DNA of 33,502 bases, taken from contig JBDRPD010000015.1 of assembly GCA_043827405.1 (NCBI GenBank), forward strand, positions 1 to 33,502, written 5' to 3'. Shown here one piece after another: positions 8,775 to 18,986 of this stretch. The notes below the pieces were generated by a model. It saw nothing but the letters and a program-made list of their open reading frames with translations, ran no database searches and had not been told where the DNA came from. Within the stretch, counting starts at the first letter, position 1; each line of letters opens with the position of its first letter. A program made the translations under genes and the position numbers. This DNA is from Elusimicrobiota bacterium. Lineage in GTDB: Bacteria; Elusimicrobiota; Elusimicrobia; UBA1565.

Positions 8775-10362
8775 TGAGCCGGTCCCGGCTGTAGCGTCCC
8801 ATCTCGTCCGTCATAACCTTGGCGTAGCTGGCACGGGCTTCCTCGTGTTTTCCCGCGGCGCTCAGCGCGCGGGCGTTCTGAAAGCGGGCCTCCAGATACC
8901 CCGGCCACAGCTCGACGGCTTGGCCGTACATCCGGGACGCCTGGGCGTAGCGCCCGGCCGTTTGCTGCCGGTTCCCTTCCTGAAAGCGGCGCTCGGCGTC
9001 CAGATAGGTGCGGAAAGCGTCCAGCTTCGCGTCGGCTCCGGTCAGCGGCTCCCAAACCTGCGCTAGATAGCGCCAGCGGGCGTCGCCGCTGTCCAGCCGG
9101 CCGCTGCCGAAAAAGTCCGTCAAGTCGGCCGGCAGCGGAGCCGTAAGCTCGCGGTAGAGACCGGGTGCGCCGTCCCGGATGAGCGGCAGCGACAATGCGC
9201 CGCTGACGCAGTCGATCTTGTCGGCCGGGCCCGCGCAGGTCGCGAGGTTATCCCGGATGTTCTTGAGCTGCGAGCGCCGGCCGGAGCAGCCGAGCTCCCC
9301 GCGGCCGTCCAGCATGACCGCCAGCAGGAGGAGCGCGCCGGCCGGCACGCACCACAGCGCGCCCCGCCGCCGGGCGATGGCATCGAGCGCGGCGGCCGCC
9401 AGGAAGGCGGCGCCGATATATGAGAGAAAGAGATAGCGGCCGATGAGAATATAGCGGTTGGGCAGGAGCAGCAGCACCGAGGTCCCCACCAGGAACCAGG
9501 CGGCGCAGAAAACGGCGGTGCGCCAAACCGCCGGTGCTGGACCTTGGCGGCGCCGTGCGAACAGCAGCAGGACCGCGGAGACGAGGACGGACCAGCTGGC
9601 GGCCGCCTCCCAGAGATGCTTCGGCACCGCCGAGAGCGTCACGGACGCCGCGCCGCCCGCCAGGCTTAGACGCAGGGCGCCGTAGAGCAGCGCGGTCGCT
9701 AAAAGTGCAGCGTACTCGCGGCGCGAGCGCCGGCCGGCCAAGGGCCGGTTCCCGCGCTCCAAGGGATCACACAGATCGTAGGCGAGAAGCAGCGCCGGCA
9801 GCAGCAGGCCGATTTCCTTGGCCAGCATCGCCAGCAGATACAGCGCGCACAGCAGAAGGGTGCGCGCTACGCTCGCCTGCCGCTCCCCGCCGCGCATATG
9901 CGTATAGAAGCCCAGGAGGATGAACAGGACAGCCAGATACATGGGTATCCCCAGGCAGGTCGCGTTCTCGTTATGCATGGGCAGCAGGGTGTAGAAGAGC
10001 GCCGCCGCCAGCGCCCAACGCCGGTCGCGCACGAGATGCGCGGCGATAAAGAACACCATGCAGGCGTTGGCGGCCAGCAGCGTGACGGCGAGAGCGCGAA
10101 AGCCCAGCGGCGAGCCCCAGCCCAGGGCGGGCGGGAGCCGGAAGGCGAAATGCGTCAGCGGTGAATAGCTGAAGCCGCCCTGAAGGAAGGCCCAGCGCAC
10201 GGTGTCGGCCAGGCTCGTGCCGGCGGCGTTAAACAGCGCGACGGCGCCATGGATGTCGTCAACGCAGAGGATGAAGCTGCGCAGGCAGTCGAGGCTGCGC
10301 AGCACCGCGGTCGCGGTGATGAGGAGACAGGCCGCGACAATGCCGACGTGTCTTCGCGACAT
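8725..10362 (-). CDS. Polytopic membrane protein, GT-C glycosyltransferase-like, with C-terminal TPR
   Basis: DD after TM1, YSPL, LLPMHNENA, LAMLAKE, RYLFLS motifs as in TMTC/PMT-like proteins. TPR-like YAQA..YGQAVELWPGYLEARFQNARAL. Confidence 0.65.
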   Translation of the reverse strand: MSRRHVGIVAACLLITATAVLRSLDCLRSFILCVDDIHGAVALFNAAGTSLADTVRWAFLQGGFSYSPLTHFAFRLPPALGWGSPLGFRALAVTLLAANACMVFFIAAHLVRDRRWALAAALFYTLLPMHNENATCLGIPMYLAVLFILLGFYTHMRGGERQASVARTLLLCALYLLAMLAKEIGLLLPALLLAYDLCDPLERGNRPLAGRRSRREYAALLATALLYGALRLSLAGGAASVTLSAVPKHLWEAAASWSVLVSAVLLLFARRRQGPAPAVWRTAVFCAAWFLVGTSVLLLLPNRYILIGRYLFLSYIGAAFLAAAALDAIARRRGALWCVPAGALLLLAVMLDGRGELGCSGRRSQLKNIRDNLATCAGPADKIDCVSGALSLPLIRDGAPGLYRELTAPLPADLTDFFGSGRLDSGDARWRYLAQVWEPLTGADAKLDAFRTYLDAERRFQEGNRQQTAGRYAQASRMYGQAVELWPGYLEARFQNARALSAAGKHEEARASYAKVMTDEMGRYSRDRLIKAYCSPPDSCGFLHH

Positions 10363-10374
10363 GAGGGGATTCTA

Positions 10375-11769
10375 CTACTTACGTAAAGCGACAGCCGTGA
10401 CGGCGTTTTTTCCCAGTTTCCTCGCGAGTTCCCATACCGGCCCGGGAAACTTGTGCAGGTTTACCATGCAGCGCTCGAAAGCGTGCAAAAACCAGCGCAC
10501 GTCCTGTTCGCTGATCGTCAGCGGCGGCGACAGCTTCAGGACATCCAGGTGGTGTCCGGCGACTTGGGTCAAGATGCGATGGTCGTCGAAGAGCGGGATA
10601 ACGACCGCCTGCGTGAACAAATCCTTGTCCAAGCGGTGGATCATCGACCAGGCGCTCTTGAGCCCGATTGAGTCGGGCTTGCCGAACTCGATGCCGACCA
10701 TGAGCCCCCGCTGCCGGATCTCCTTGATGAGCGCGAAGCGGGGCCGCATGGCTTCCAGCCCTTCCCTGAAGAGCGCTCCCATGCGCCGGGCGTTCTCCAG
10801 GAGCTTGTAGTCGTCAAGAACCTGCAGTGAAGCCAGGCCCGCGGCCATGGCCATATTGCCCATGCCGAAAGTCGTGGAATGGATCATGCCGTTTCCCATG
10901 GTGTTAAAGACGCTCTTGTAGATGGAATCCCGCATTATCACTGCGCCGACGGGGACGAAGCCGCCGGAAAGCGCCTTGGCCAGCAGCACGATGTCCGGCG
11001 CGACTCCCTCCTCCCATTCAATGCCGAGGAATCTCCCCGTGCGTCCCATCCCCGTCTGCACCTCGTCGCAGATGAAGAGAGCCCCGTACTTGCGGCACAG
11101 GCGTTGGGCTTCCAGCAGATAGCCCTTCTCGGGAATAAATATGCCCTTCCCTTGGACGGGTTCGAAGATGAACCCCGCGGCGTCTCCTTGCGCCAACGAC
11201 CGCTCGAGAGCTTCGAGATCATTGAGCGGTACTTCCGAGCTGGGAAGAAGAGCGCCGAATCCCGCTCTAAATGATGCGTCGCCGTTGATGGAAAGCGCCC
11301 CGGTGGTCAGGCCGTGGAACGCTCTTTTGAGGTGGATGATGCGCTCCCTGCCGGTGGCCGCGCGCGCGAACTTGATCGCGGTCTCGGCGCATTCGGTACC
11401 GGAGCTGCAAAAATATACCTTCCGCAAATCACCGGGCATGCGCGAGATGAGTTTCTCAGCCAATACTCCGGCGAGTGCCGGAGCATCAAATGCGATCCAT
11501 CCGGGGAAGTCCGCCTCCAGTAATTGGCGCAGCGCCCGCTTGATGTCGGGATGGTTTCGTCCGAAATTAAAAGTGCCCCAGCCGGCTAGGAAATCCAGGT
11601 ATTTGTTCCCGCGGTCATCGAAGAGGTAGGCTCCCTCGGCCTTTACATAGGTCCGGTTGAATCCGATCGTTCGCAGGAGTTTCGCCCACTGCGGATGGAT
11701 ATGTTCGCTGAATAGGCTGAAATTCCGTCCTCGCGATTCCGCAAGGATATTTCCGATATCAATAGCCAA
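10375..11769 (-). CDS. hpnO: Class III PLP aminotransferase, HpnO-like (aminobacteriohopanetriol synthase type)
   Basis: YLDFLAGWGTFNFGRNHP, AFHGLTTGALSING, FEPVQGKG, DEVQTGMGRTG, LAKALSGG, HSTTFG, ILTQVAGH. TTG start after GAGG. Confidence 0.75.
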   Translation of the reverse strand: MAIDIGNILAESRGRNFSLFSEHIHPQWAKLLRTIGFNRTYVKAEGAYLFDDRGNKYLDFLAGWGTFNFGRNHPDIKRALRQLLEADFPGWIAFDAPALAGVLAEKLISRMPGDLRKVYFCSSGTECAETAIKFARAATGRERIIHLKRAFHGLTTGALSINGDASFRAGFGALLPSSEVPLNDLEALERSLAQGDAAGFIFEPVQGKGIFIPEKGYLLEAQRLCRKYGALFICDEVQTGMGRTGRFLGIEWEEGVAPDIVLLAKALSGGFVPVGAVIMRDSIYKSVFNTMGNGMIHSTTFGMGNMAMAAGLASLQVLDDYKLLENARRMGALFREGLEAMRPRFALIKEIRQRGLMVGIEFGKPDSIGLKSAWSMIHRLDKDLFTQAVVIPLFDDHRILTQVAGHHLDVLKLSPPLTISEQDVRWFLHAFERCMVNLHKFPGPVWELARKLGKNAVTAVALRK

Positions 11770-11933
11770 ATTATATACCTCGATGCGCGCGGTAGTCGTG
11801 ATAGTCAGCAGCCGATAGAGCCGCTCCCGGCAGGTTGTTTAGATAGTAGCAAAGAGCGGGACTGCCGTACTGCCGGCTTCATTGCGCATCCGCGAAGACT
11901 AAAACTGGTATAATTACGGATAAGGAGTTATTC

Positions 11934-12191
11934 ATGGCTAATGAGACCAAAACCAAGATGCGCTCGCCCCACCCGCGTATCGTCGTCGGACTACCGAACC
12001 TGCAGGACCAAATTGGAATGGTCAATCGCGTTATCGGCAAGTCGGCCGACCCCGAGCTGGAGAGATGGGAGGATGTCGGGGAACTCCTCGCGGAACTGTA
12101 TAGTCAGCTGCAGCACCAAAAACAAGTTACGGTATATCGAATCGGCAACAAGAACCAGGCAAAAATTCGCGCGGTCGAGGATGCTGATTAG
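11934..12191 (+). CDS. Small hypothetical protein (85 aa), monocistronic
   Basis: Extended -10 TGGTATAAT, strong TAAGGAG RBS and a downstream terminator. Confidence 0.7.
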   Translation: MANETKTKMRSPHPRIVVGLPNLQDQIGMVNRVIGKSADPELERWEDVGELLAELYSQLQHQKQVTVYRIGNKNQAKIRAVEDAD

Positions 12192-12224
12192 GGCGCGCTG
12201 CGCGCTTTAAGCGTTCGACTGAAT

Positions 12225-12251
12225 AAGCCCTCAAAATATGAGGGTTTTTTT
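12225..12251 (+). terminator. Intrinsic terminator
   Basis: AGCCCTCA-AAATA-TGAGGGTT followed by a T run, between convergent genes. Confidence 0.7.
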
Positions 12252-13332
12252 ATTGGGCTGCTTTCTCGGCGGTTTCCGGGAAGGCGAGCAGTCTTTGCCG
12301 GAGAATGTCGGCCACCAGCTTCTGCCCTTCTTTTGTGTAGTGCGCGTTTCCGCGCAAAAACAAGCGGTTGAATTCCTCCTTGGACAGCTGGTCGAATTCC
12401 TCGGCCGCATCCACAAAGAGAATGCGTCTTGCGGCTAATTCCGCCTGCAGATATTTTCTGAGCGGGAAGGTGCCGTTTTCCAGCCGGTCGTCCTTGGCGG
12501 GGAGATAAACGACCACTAGAACACTGTTCTTGCGCTTGTTTACCTCATCCAGAGACTCGAATATCCTCAGCATAACCTCGTAGATCTCATTGTCGGAAGA
12601 GTGGACGGGTCCGGGAGCCGCTTTGGCGGACAGCCGGCGGAGCAAACTGCGCAGGATTTTTGCCGTCGACAGGTGCTTGAGGAGCCGTTTGGCATAGGTC
12701 AGGCGCGGCCTGCTGATCGCCCGTCGGGGGACCGGGACATTCTCCGTTACAAGCTTCCCATTTTGCATTCTCAGGACAGGACGGCCATATCCATGAAAGG
12801 CCGGATACTTCATTCGCCGCAGGTCGTCTTGGATAAACGCAAAAATGTGGATGTCGTGTTCGAGCTTAATGCCGTCGCGCATATACCATAGATATGCCTG
12901 GTCGATGCCGTATCCGCTTTGGCCCATATTGACCACCTGCAGGCAGTCATTTCCGGATGCGAGCTGCTGTCCCCATGCGGCGTCGTCGGCAACGCCCAGG
13001 CCGAGAGTGAAGGAGTCTCCGGAGGTGATAATCCTCGTCTTCCCGTTCGGGACGCTTTGCGAGTAGGTCTCCCGGCCGCGAAAGCCTTGGGAGTTGATGC
13101 TCAGGTCCAGCCCGCGGCCGTACATGTCCTTGATGAACAGATCCGGGATATGGCTCCAGCCCAGCTCCTTGTCGTACCGGGTATGAGCTCTTTCGCTCAG
13201 GATGCTGGACTTGGCGACGGCGCGGAGAAAATAGATGCTGCTGCTCAATCCTTCAAGCAGCAGGAATGCGGCCAGAGCGAGGGTGAAGAATAAGCTCAGC
13301 CGCTTGAGCCGGTCTCTCAACTTTTGGTTCAT
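12250..13332 (-). CDS. SGNH/GDSL hydrolase-family membrane-anchored protein
   Basis: N-terminal TM, INSQGFRG, GDSFTLG, VVNMGQSGYG, C-terminal NAHYT.EGQ. Confidence 0.85.
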   Translation of the reverse strand: MNQKLRDRLKRLSLFFTLALAAFLLLEGLSSSIYFLRAVAKSSILSERAHTRYDKELGWSHIPDLFIKDMYGRGLDLSINSQGFRGRETYSQSVPNGKTRIITSGDSFTLGLGVADDAAWGQQLASGNDCLQVVNMGQSGYGIDQAYLWYMRDGIKLEHDIHIFAFIQDDLRRMKYPAFHGYGRPVLRMQNGKLVTENVPVPRRAISRPRLTYAKRLLKHLSTAKILRSLLRRLSAKAAPGPVHSSDNEIYEVMLRIFESLDEVNKRKNSVLVVVYLPAKDDRLENGTFPLRKYLQAELAARRILFVDAAEEFDQLSKEEFNRLFLRGNAHYTKEGQKLVADILRQRLLAFPETAEKAAQ

Positions 13333-13413
13333 CCCCGTGGACAGTATAGTATTGCGGCTTCAGGGACGAAAGAGAATAAAATATGAAGGATGGCAAGTGA
13401 TGCAATCCCGCTT

Positions 13414-14500
13414 ATGAGAGACCGTTTACGAAGCATGCGTTTCGATGATAAGCGTCTGCGGCCTCGACGCCGGAACGGTCCTGGTCTTCGCGGGGCTCTT
13501 CAACGTCTTGACAGGGATCGCGTTCAATCAGCCCCTCCCGGTTCAGCCGATGAAGGCCATCGCGGCCGTGGCGATCGCTGAGCATCTCGCGCCCGGAGAG
13601 ATCGCCGCCGCGGGCTTCGTGTCGGGCGCTGTCGTTCTGGTCCTCGGACTCAGCGGCCTGGTATGCTGGGCGGAGAGGATTATCCCCCGTCCGGTGGTGC
13701 GCGGCATCCAGTTAGGCGTGGGGCTCAAGCTCGCGGCAAAGGGAATCGGGATGGTCCTTGGACTTGACTGGCTGAGTCTCGATGGCCGTCTTGTCGCTGT
13801 AGTCGCGGGGGGGATAGTCCTGGCAACGAGCCAACGGAAGAGATTTCCCGCCGCCCTCGTCATCTTCGTCGCCGGGCTGGCGATTTTTCTCGTTGGCCGG
13901 GCGGAGGTTCTTCAGGGACTGTCTTGGGGGTGGGCTGGGCCGCGGCTGGTTCTCCCTAATTGGGCTCAATGGCAGACCGGGATCCTCCAGGGGGCCTTGC
14001 CCCAAGTGCCGTTGACGCTGCTGAACTCGGTAATCGCGGTTTGCGCACTGAGTTCCGATCTCTATCCCGGCAAGGGCATCGGAACGCGTCCCATGGCGGT
14101 GAGCGTCGGGCTTATGAACGTCGGTGCCTGCCTTTTCGGAGCGATGCCTGCCTGCCATGGCTCGGGCGGTCTTGCCGGCCAGCATCGCTTTGGCGCGCGT
14201 ACGGGCGGCAGCGTGGTCATGCTGGGAATTGGGAAAATCCTCATCGGAGCGGTCTTTGGCGGCGCCGCGATGATCGTTCTCGCAGCCTATCCTGCTTCCA
14301 TCCTGGGGATACTCCTCGTGTTCGCGGGACTCGAACTCACTTTGCCGGCCAGGGATTGTGTCGAACGCGAAGCATTCTTCGTCGCGGCCGCGACCGCCGG
14401 CGGGATTCTCGCTTTCAACACCTGGCTCGGCTTCATCCTGGGACTATTTGCCGCCGTCTTTATCCTTCGAGGCGGTAAGGATTCTGCCGACTCTAAGTAG
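13414..14500 (+). pseudogene. MOT1-family sulfate/molybdate transporter with probable N-terminal deletion and frameshift (main ORF 13445-14500)
   Basis: PVQPMKAIAAVA, SVGLMN and MPACHGSGGLAGQHRFGARTG are present. The MRFD start is out of frame and the GDLGT motif is absent. Confidence 0.65.
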
Positions 14501-14568
14501 ATCTTCCAACTTGGCTGCGGGATGTATTAACGGTTCAGCGAGGGATCAATGCGCCCCCCTCAGTTCGA

Positions 14569-15603
14569 TCACAAGCGCTTGACCCAAATATTCAGGTCTT
14601 CGAATTCGCCGAAGATTTCGCAATTATTGATGAGGCGGCCGGAATACTCGTATTTCATCCGGAAGAAGCACTTGTTCATCCCCGGGCTCAGCGACCGCGC
14701 GAGACTGTAGGAAGTCTTGATGCCCTTTCTCTTGATCAGGGATTCGAGTTCTAGGAGGAGAAACTGCATAAGCCCTTGTCCTTGGGCGTCTTTGACCGTG
14801 GCGCAGTCGGTGAGCTCGGCGTTGGAGTATTTCGTGTTGATGTCCGCACTGGCAGCCGCAATCGGTTCCTCGCCCTTGAACGCGAGCACGAAGTGGACGT
14901 CGCGCTTTATAACAGAATTGATGTAGTCGGGGTTGGTCAGCGGCGACGGATAGGTCTCGAAGACTTGCCGGTATATGAAGACCAATTGCCGGATATGCTC
15001 CTCCGTCGCCGTGACGATGCGTATGTCGGATGGGAGTTCCCGGGCGGGGGCGGCAGCGGAATTGTATATGATGTCCTCGATCATCTTCGATTCCTTCAGC
15101 AGATTTATGCTGGATACTCTTTCCGCCGAGGAAAAGCGGGATAATACATAGGCGTCGTCGCCGTTGAAGTAATACCGGAGGATCCCTTCGTTCATGTAGC
15201 CGTGCGACAGGAACTGCTGGAAGTCCTCGTGGCGCGCTTTGACGAAGATCTTGTCGAAGGAATTCGTTTCCGCCAGCCAGGCGAGCCTTTGCAGCATATT
15301 CCGGTAGTCGGAGCACTCGTAGTCCAATATCTTCAGCCGTTTATTGTAGTAGTCGAAAAACACGTTGACCTGGTAGCCATCCCCCTCGATCTCGAAGTCG
15401 AGACCGTAGACCGTCCCGATGACGGTCGTCTTGACGCCCTTGTCCAACGTAAGCTGGACGACTCCCATATCCTTTTTCGAAGGCTCGACTCCGCTCCATT
15501 CGTCGGTGACCCGCTTAAAGGCGTCGGATTCAAGAGAGTCGATCGCTTCGTCCAGGCGAATCGACTCCATGTTATCTTCTTTTATTTGCATGTCTTGTTT
15601 CAT
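14569..15603 (-). CDS. ablB: Putative beta-lysine N-acetyltransferase (GNAT)
   Basis: DKIFVKA, EGILRYYFNG, VFETYPSPL, NAELTDCAT, GQGLM, SLARSLSPGMN, YSGRLINNC.IFG.FEDLNIWVK. Confidence 0.85.
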   Translation of the reverse strand: MKQDMQIKEDNMESIRLDEAIDSLESDAFKRVTDEWSGVEPSKKDMGVVQLTLDKGVKTTVIGTVYGLDFEIEGDGYQVNVFFDYYNKRLKILDYECSDYRNMLQRLAWLAETNSFDKIFVKARHEDFQQFLSHGYMNEGILRYYFNGDDAYVLSRFSSAERVSSINLLKESKMIEDIIYNSAAAPARELPSDIRIVTATEEHIRQLVFIYRQVFETYPSPLTNPDYINSVIKRDVHFVLAFKGEEPIAAASADINTKYSNAELTDCATVKDAQGQGLMQFLLLELESLIKRKGIKTSYSLARSLSPGMNKCFFRMKYEYSGRLINNCEIFGEFEDLNIWVKRL

Positions 15604-16661
15604 GGCACTTCCTCCTTCGACAAATCCGCCGCATCGAGAAACCCTTCCAAAAAACTTTTTACGTTGAGCCCCAGGCTCGATTCTTCGTAGCCGCCTTCCT
15701 GGACGATCATGGTAGGGACGTTCAGCCCGGCGAGTACCCGGGCGACGGCGTTAAAATCTTCCGTCGTCAGGGAAAACGTCCCGACGGGGTCGGACAGATA
15801 GGTGTCGAAGCCGGCGGAGACGATCAGGGCGGAGGGCTTGAACTTAAAAAGTCTGGGGACGACGACGGATTCCAGTATGCGCAGGTATTCATCTCCCCCG
15901 CATCCGTCCTCGAGGGGGATGTTCAAGTTGTGGCCGTAGCCGTCGCCGAATCCCTTTTCCGAGGCGTAGCCGCTGAAGAACGGATAGTGTTTCGCAGGAT
16001 CGCCGTGCAGGCTTATGAACAGGATTTTACGGTCGTCATAGAAGAATTCCTGAGTCCCGTTGCCGTGATGAAAATCGATGTCGACGATGGCGACTCGGCC
16101 GTGCTGGCGCAGCTGTTTGGCAGCCAAGGCCGCGTTATTGAAATAGCAGTAGCCTCCGAAAAGCCGCGCCGAAGCGTGGTGCCCCGGCGGGCGGCATAGA
16201 GAGTAGGTGAGCCTGCTTTTCCCCTTCTCGATATACTTGGCGGCGTCCAGCGCGCAGGCTGCGCTCCACGCGGCCGCGGCCCAGGTGGTCGCGGTCAGCG
16301 GTGTGCCTGAGTCGAAGCAGTAGTAGCCCGCGTGCTGGATGCGCTTCGGATTCGGCTTCGTCCGCGTCCTCTGAGGGAAGATCGTGGGATAGAAAGTCTC
16401 ACCGACGGGTAACGACATCGCGTGCTTATAAAGCTCGACGAGGTCCGGATGGTGCAGGCTCTTGAGCGCGCTGACCGGCAGCTTGCTCGGAGATATAAAG
16501 CGGTAGCGGCCCGCGTCCGCCTGCAGGGCGGCGACGATCGACTCCGCCCTCTTCGTCGTCTCGGGATGGTTCAATCTCTCGCCGAAACTCCATTCGTATA
16601 GCGGCTTGTGCTCCAACTGGTCCTTATGAAAGAAAACGGGGATGCTCTTATGTGTGCTCAT
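15600..16661 (-). CDS. Histone deacetylase family / acetylpolyamine amidohydrolase
   Basis: [41 protein letters not shown]. Confidence 0.92.
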   Translation of the reverse strand: MSTHKSIPVFFHKDQLEHKPLYEWSFGERLNHPETTKRAESIVAALQADAGRYRFISPSKLPVSALKSLHHPDLVELYKHAMSLPVGETFYPTIFPQRTRTKPNPKRIQHAGYYCFDSGTPLTATTWAAAAWSAACALDAAKYIEKGKSRLTYSLCRPPGHHASARLFGGYCYFNNAALAAKQLRQHGRVAIVDIDFHHGNGTQEFFYDDRKILFISLHGDPAKHYPFFSGYASEKGFGDGYGHNLNIPLEDGCGGDEYLRILESVVVPRLFKFKPSALIVSAGFDTYLSDPVGTFSLTTEDFNAVARVLAGLNVPTMIVQEGGYEESSLGLNVKSFLEGFLDAADLSKEEVP

Positions 16662-18097
16662 GGCGAAGCCTCGCTCGCTTTATGGTTCACGGCGTCGGGG
16701 AAGAGCAGGGACGCCGGTACGAAAACGGTCCCGGAAGCGAGGATGCCCCAGAACGCGGGGTCCAGACCGAGGGGCGGCCGGGCGCCGGTTAAAATTAGTC
16801 CCAGCGCCATTGTGCCGCCGGTAAACATCCCCGCCAGCGCGCCGGTCGTCGAACGCTTCTTCCAGAAGTAGGCTCCCAGCGTGGGAACAAGCAGGCCGGC
16901 CACCATAAATGCGTAGGCATACAGAATGGCGCTGAGGACCGAGTTGAAAAGGCTCGCTAATAGAATCGCAACGAATCCGATAAACAGCGTGCCGGCCTGG
17001 GACACGCGGATGCCCGTTTTCGCGGAGAACCGACGTCCTCGCCAACGTTCCAGAACGTCGTTTACGAGATTCCCGGAGGCGGCCATGAGGCAGCTGTCGG
17101 CGGTGGACATAATGGCCGAATAGTACGAGGCGACCACGATCCCCGTGATTCCCGCGGGAAGCACCGTCTTAAGAAGCATCGGTAATGCCATTTCGGCGTC
17201 CACATTCGCGAACAGCGCGCGGGCGCAGATTCCCAAAAACACCCCCGTAAACGCCATTACTGGATACTCGAACACCCCCGCGATATACCAGGCTTTTTTA
17301 GCTTCCTCGACGCCGCGGCAGGCGTACATCCGCTGATACAGCGTCATTCCGACCACCCAGATGGGAACGATCGTGACCATCCAGTTGAAAAACTTGACCG
17401 GTCCGATGTTCGTAAGGCTGAAGTGCGCCGGAGGGACCGCCGCGCGAAGGGCCGCGAGTCCGCCGATATGGCGGACGGCTAAGGGGACGGCGAGAAATAT
17501 AAGACCCGATAAAAGCACGATCCATTGCAGCGTGTCCGTATAGATAACGGCCTTCAAGCCTCCCAAGACCGTATAGACGATGATGATGGCGCCTATCACC
17601 CACAGCGAGAGCTGAAGCGGGTCCATTCCGAAAGGGGAAACCGGCATCACCGTGCCCGTCATGAGTTTCGCGCCGGCCAGTATCTGCGCCCCGGTAAAAC
17701 CCAGATAGCCCACTCCCGATATCACGGCGGCGGCGAGAGCAACTCTGCCGTCGTATCGGATGCGCAGAAAGTCCGGGTAGGTCATGAGTTTTTCCTTTAC
17801 GTCGATCGCCTTGATCCGTGGAATCAGGAAGACCGCCGAGAGCCACGCGCCCAAGAGGCCCGTAAAGAGAAGCCAGCTCCCCGACAATCCCATGGCGTAG
17901 CCCAGGCCGCCCAGCCCGATAGAGAAGCCTCCTCCGACGTCCGTGGCGACTATGGAAAGTCCCACATGCGAGGCCGGCACGGAACGCCCGCCTACGTAGT
18001 AATCCTCGGCGTCCTTGTTCTTGCCGTAAAAATGGATTCCGATTCCCATAACGACTGCCATGTAAATGGCGAAAATCGAAAAATCGAGAGCCGTCAT
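16658..18097 (-). CDS. Sodium:solute symporter (SSS family)
   Basis: [38 protein letters not shown], about 13 TM segments. ATGA overlaps couple it to the downstream genes. Confidence 0.92.
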   Translation of the reverse strand: MTALDFSIFAIYMAVVMGIGIHFYGKNKDAEDYYVGGRSVPASHVGLSIVATDVGGGFSIGLGGLGYAMGLSGSWLLFTGLLGAWLSAVFLIPRIKAIDVKEKLMTYPDFLRIRYDGRVALAAAVISGVGYLGFTGAQILAGAKLMTGTVMPVSPFGMDPLQLSLWVIGAIIIVYTVLGGLKAVIYTDTLQWIVLLSGLIFLAVPLAVRHIGGLAALRAAVPPAHFSLTNIGPVKFFNWMVTIVPIWVVGMTLYQRMYACRGVEEAKKAWYIAGVFEYPVMAFTGVFLGICARALFANVDAEMALPMLLKTVLPAGITGIVVASYYSAIMSTADSCLMAASGNLVNDVLERWRGRRFSAKTGIRVSQAGTLFIGFVAILLASLFNSVLSAILYAYAFMVAGLLVPTLGAYFWKKRSTTGALAGMFTGGTMALGLILTGARPPLGLDPAFWGILASGTVFVPASLLFPDAVNHKASEASP

Positions 18098-18127
18098 GCG
18101 CCTCTTCCGTCGGATAAGAGCGTTCGC

Positions 18128-18232
18128 CTAGTCCTCAATGAAAGCCTCATTACCCGAAGGCTCGTACGATAATTGGATGCGGGTTTCCGCGCGGCGGTTG
18201 CGCGCCATGCACGCATCGGTCGTCTTTTTCAT
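18128..18232 (-). CDS. Small ORF, 34 aa, MKKTTDACMARNRRAETRIQLSYEPSGNEAFIED
   Basis: GGAGGAG RBS 6 nt upstream of ATG. First ORF after the leader terminator of the symporter operon. Confidence 0.5.
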   Translation of the reverse strand: MKKTTDACMARNRRAETRIQLSYEPSGNEAFIED

Positions 18233-18284
18233 TTTTCGCTCCTCCAATTCACAAAATCGCCAAAAGTTTTCCATTCCCAAATAC

Positions 18285-18392
18285 AAAAGCCCCACTCCGG
18301 AGTGTCCCGGTTGTGGAGGCTATCGTGGCCTACGGCTGCGCACCGTCCATGAGCGCGCGTTAAATTATAGCATTAAAATAAGCATTTTTCTA
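18285..18392 (-). promoter_or_regulatory. Promoter plus ANTAR-type twin-hairpin antitermination leader (symporter operon)
   Basis: TAGAAA-17-TATAAT with TG extension. P1 18338-18358, P2 18317-18331. The P2 3' arm overlaps the terminator AGCCTCCAC...GTGGGGCTTTT (18285-18321). Confidence 0.7.
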
Positions 18393-18395
18393 GAG

Positions 18396-18986
18396 TCAGG
18401 GTTTTAGGCCCTCTTCTGCCAGGAGGATGGCTTGCGCCACTTCCATGAGCTTCTTGTTCGATTTCCGGGCCATCTGCTGCAGCTTCTTGTGGGCGGCGGC
18501 CTCGGTCAATCCGGAAGCCTGCATCACCAATCCTTTAGCCTTCTCGATTATCTTGCGCTCCTCCAGATCCTGGCGCAGGGAGCTCAGCTTGGCATTGAGC
18601 GACTCGTGTTCCTCGCAGCGGGAAACAGCCAACTGGATCGCCGGCTTTAAGTCTTTCTCCTCGATCGGCTTGACGAGAAACGATGCCCGGTGCGCCTGCG
18701 CGGCGGCCCGGTCGATGAGGTCTTCCTCGTGATACGCCGTTATAATCACAAACGGCGTCACCTTCTCCCGGCATACCTGCGAGGCCAAATCCAACCCGGA
18801 CAACCCCGGCATCTTGATGTCGGCGATCACGAGGTCCGGATCGAGTTTGCGGGCCAGGCGCAAGGCTTCCTGGCCGTCTCCGGTGTCCGCGACGATGATA
18901 TGCCCGAGCTTCTTGATCATCGTCTTAAGATGCAGGCGTATGACCCGCTCGTCCTCGGCCAATAAGACCCGCAGTTTCTTTCTCAT
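18396..18986 (-). CDS. Response regulator with REC and ANTAR RNA-binding domains (AmiR/NasT/EutV type)
   Basis: LLAEDE, ADIKMP, FLVKP, then coiled coil and RKIIEKAKGLVMQ..GLTEAAAHKKLQ..AR.SNKKLMEVAQAIL. Confidence 0.93.
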   Translation of the reverse strand: MRKKLRVLLAEDERVIRLHLKTMIKKLGHIIVADTGDGQEALRLARKLDPDLVIADIKMPGLSGLDLASQVCREKVTPFVIITAYHEEDLIDRAAAQAHRASFLVKPIEEKDLKPAIQLAVSRCEEHESLNAKLSSLRQDLEERKIIEKAKGLVMQASGLTEAAAHKKLQQMARKSNKKLMEVAQAILLAEEGLKP

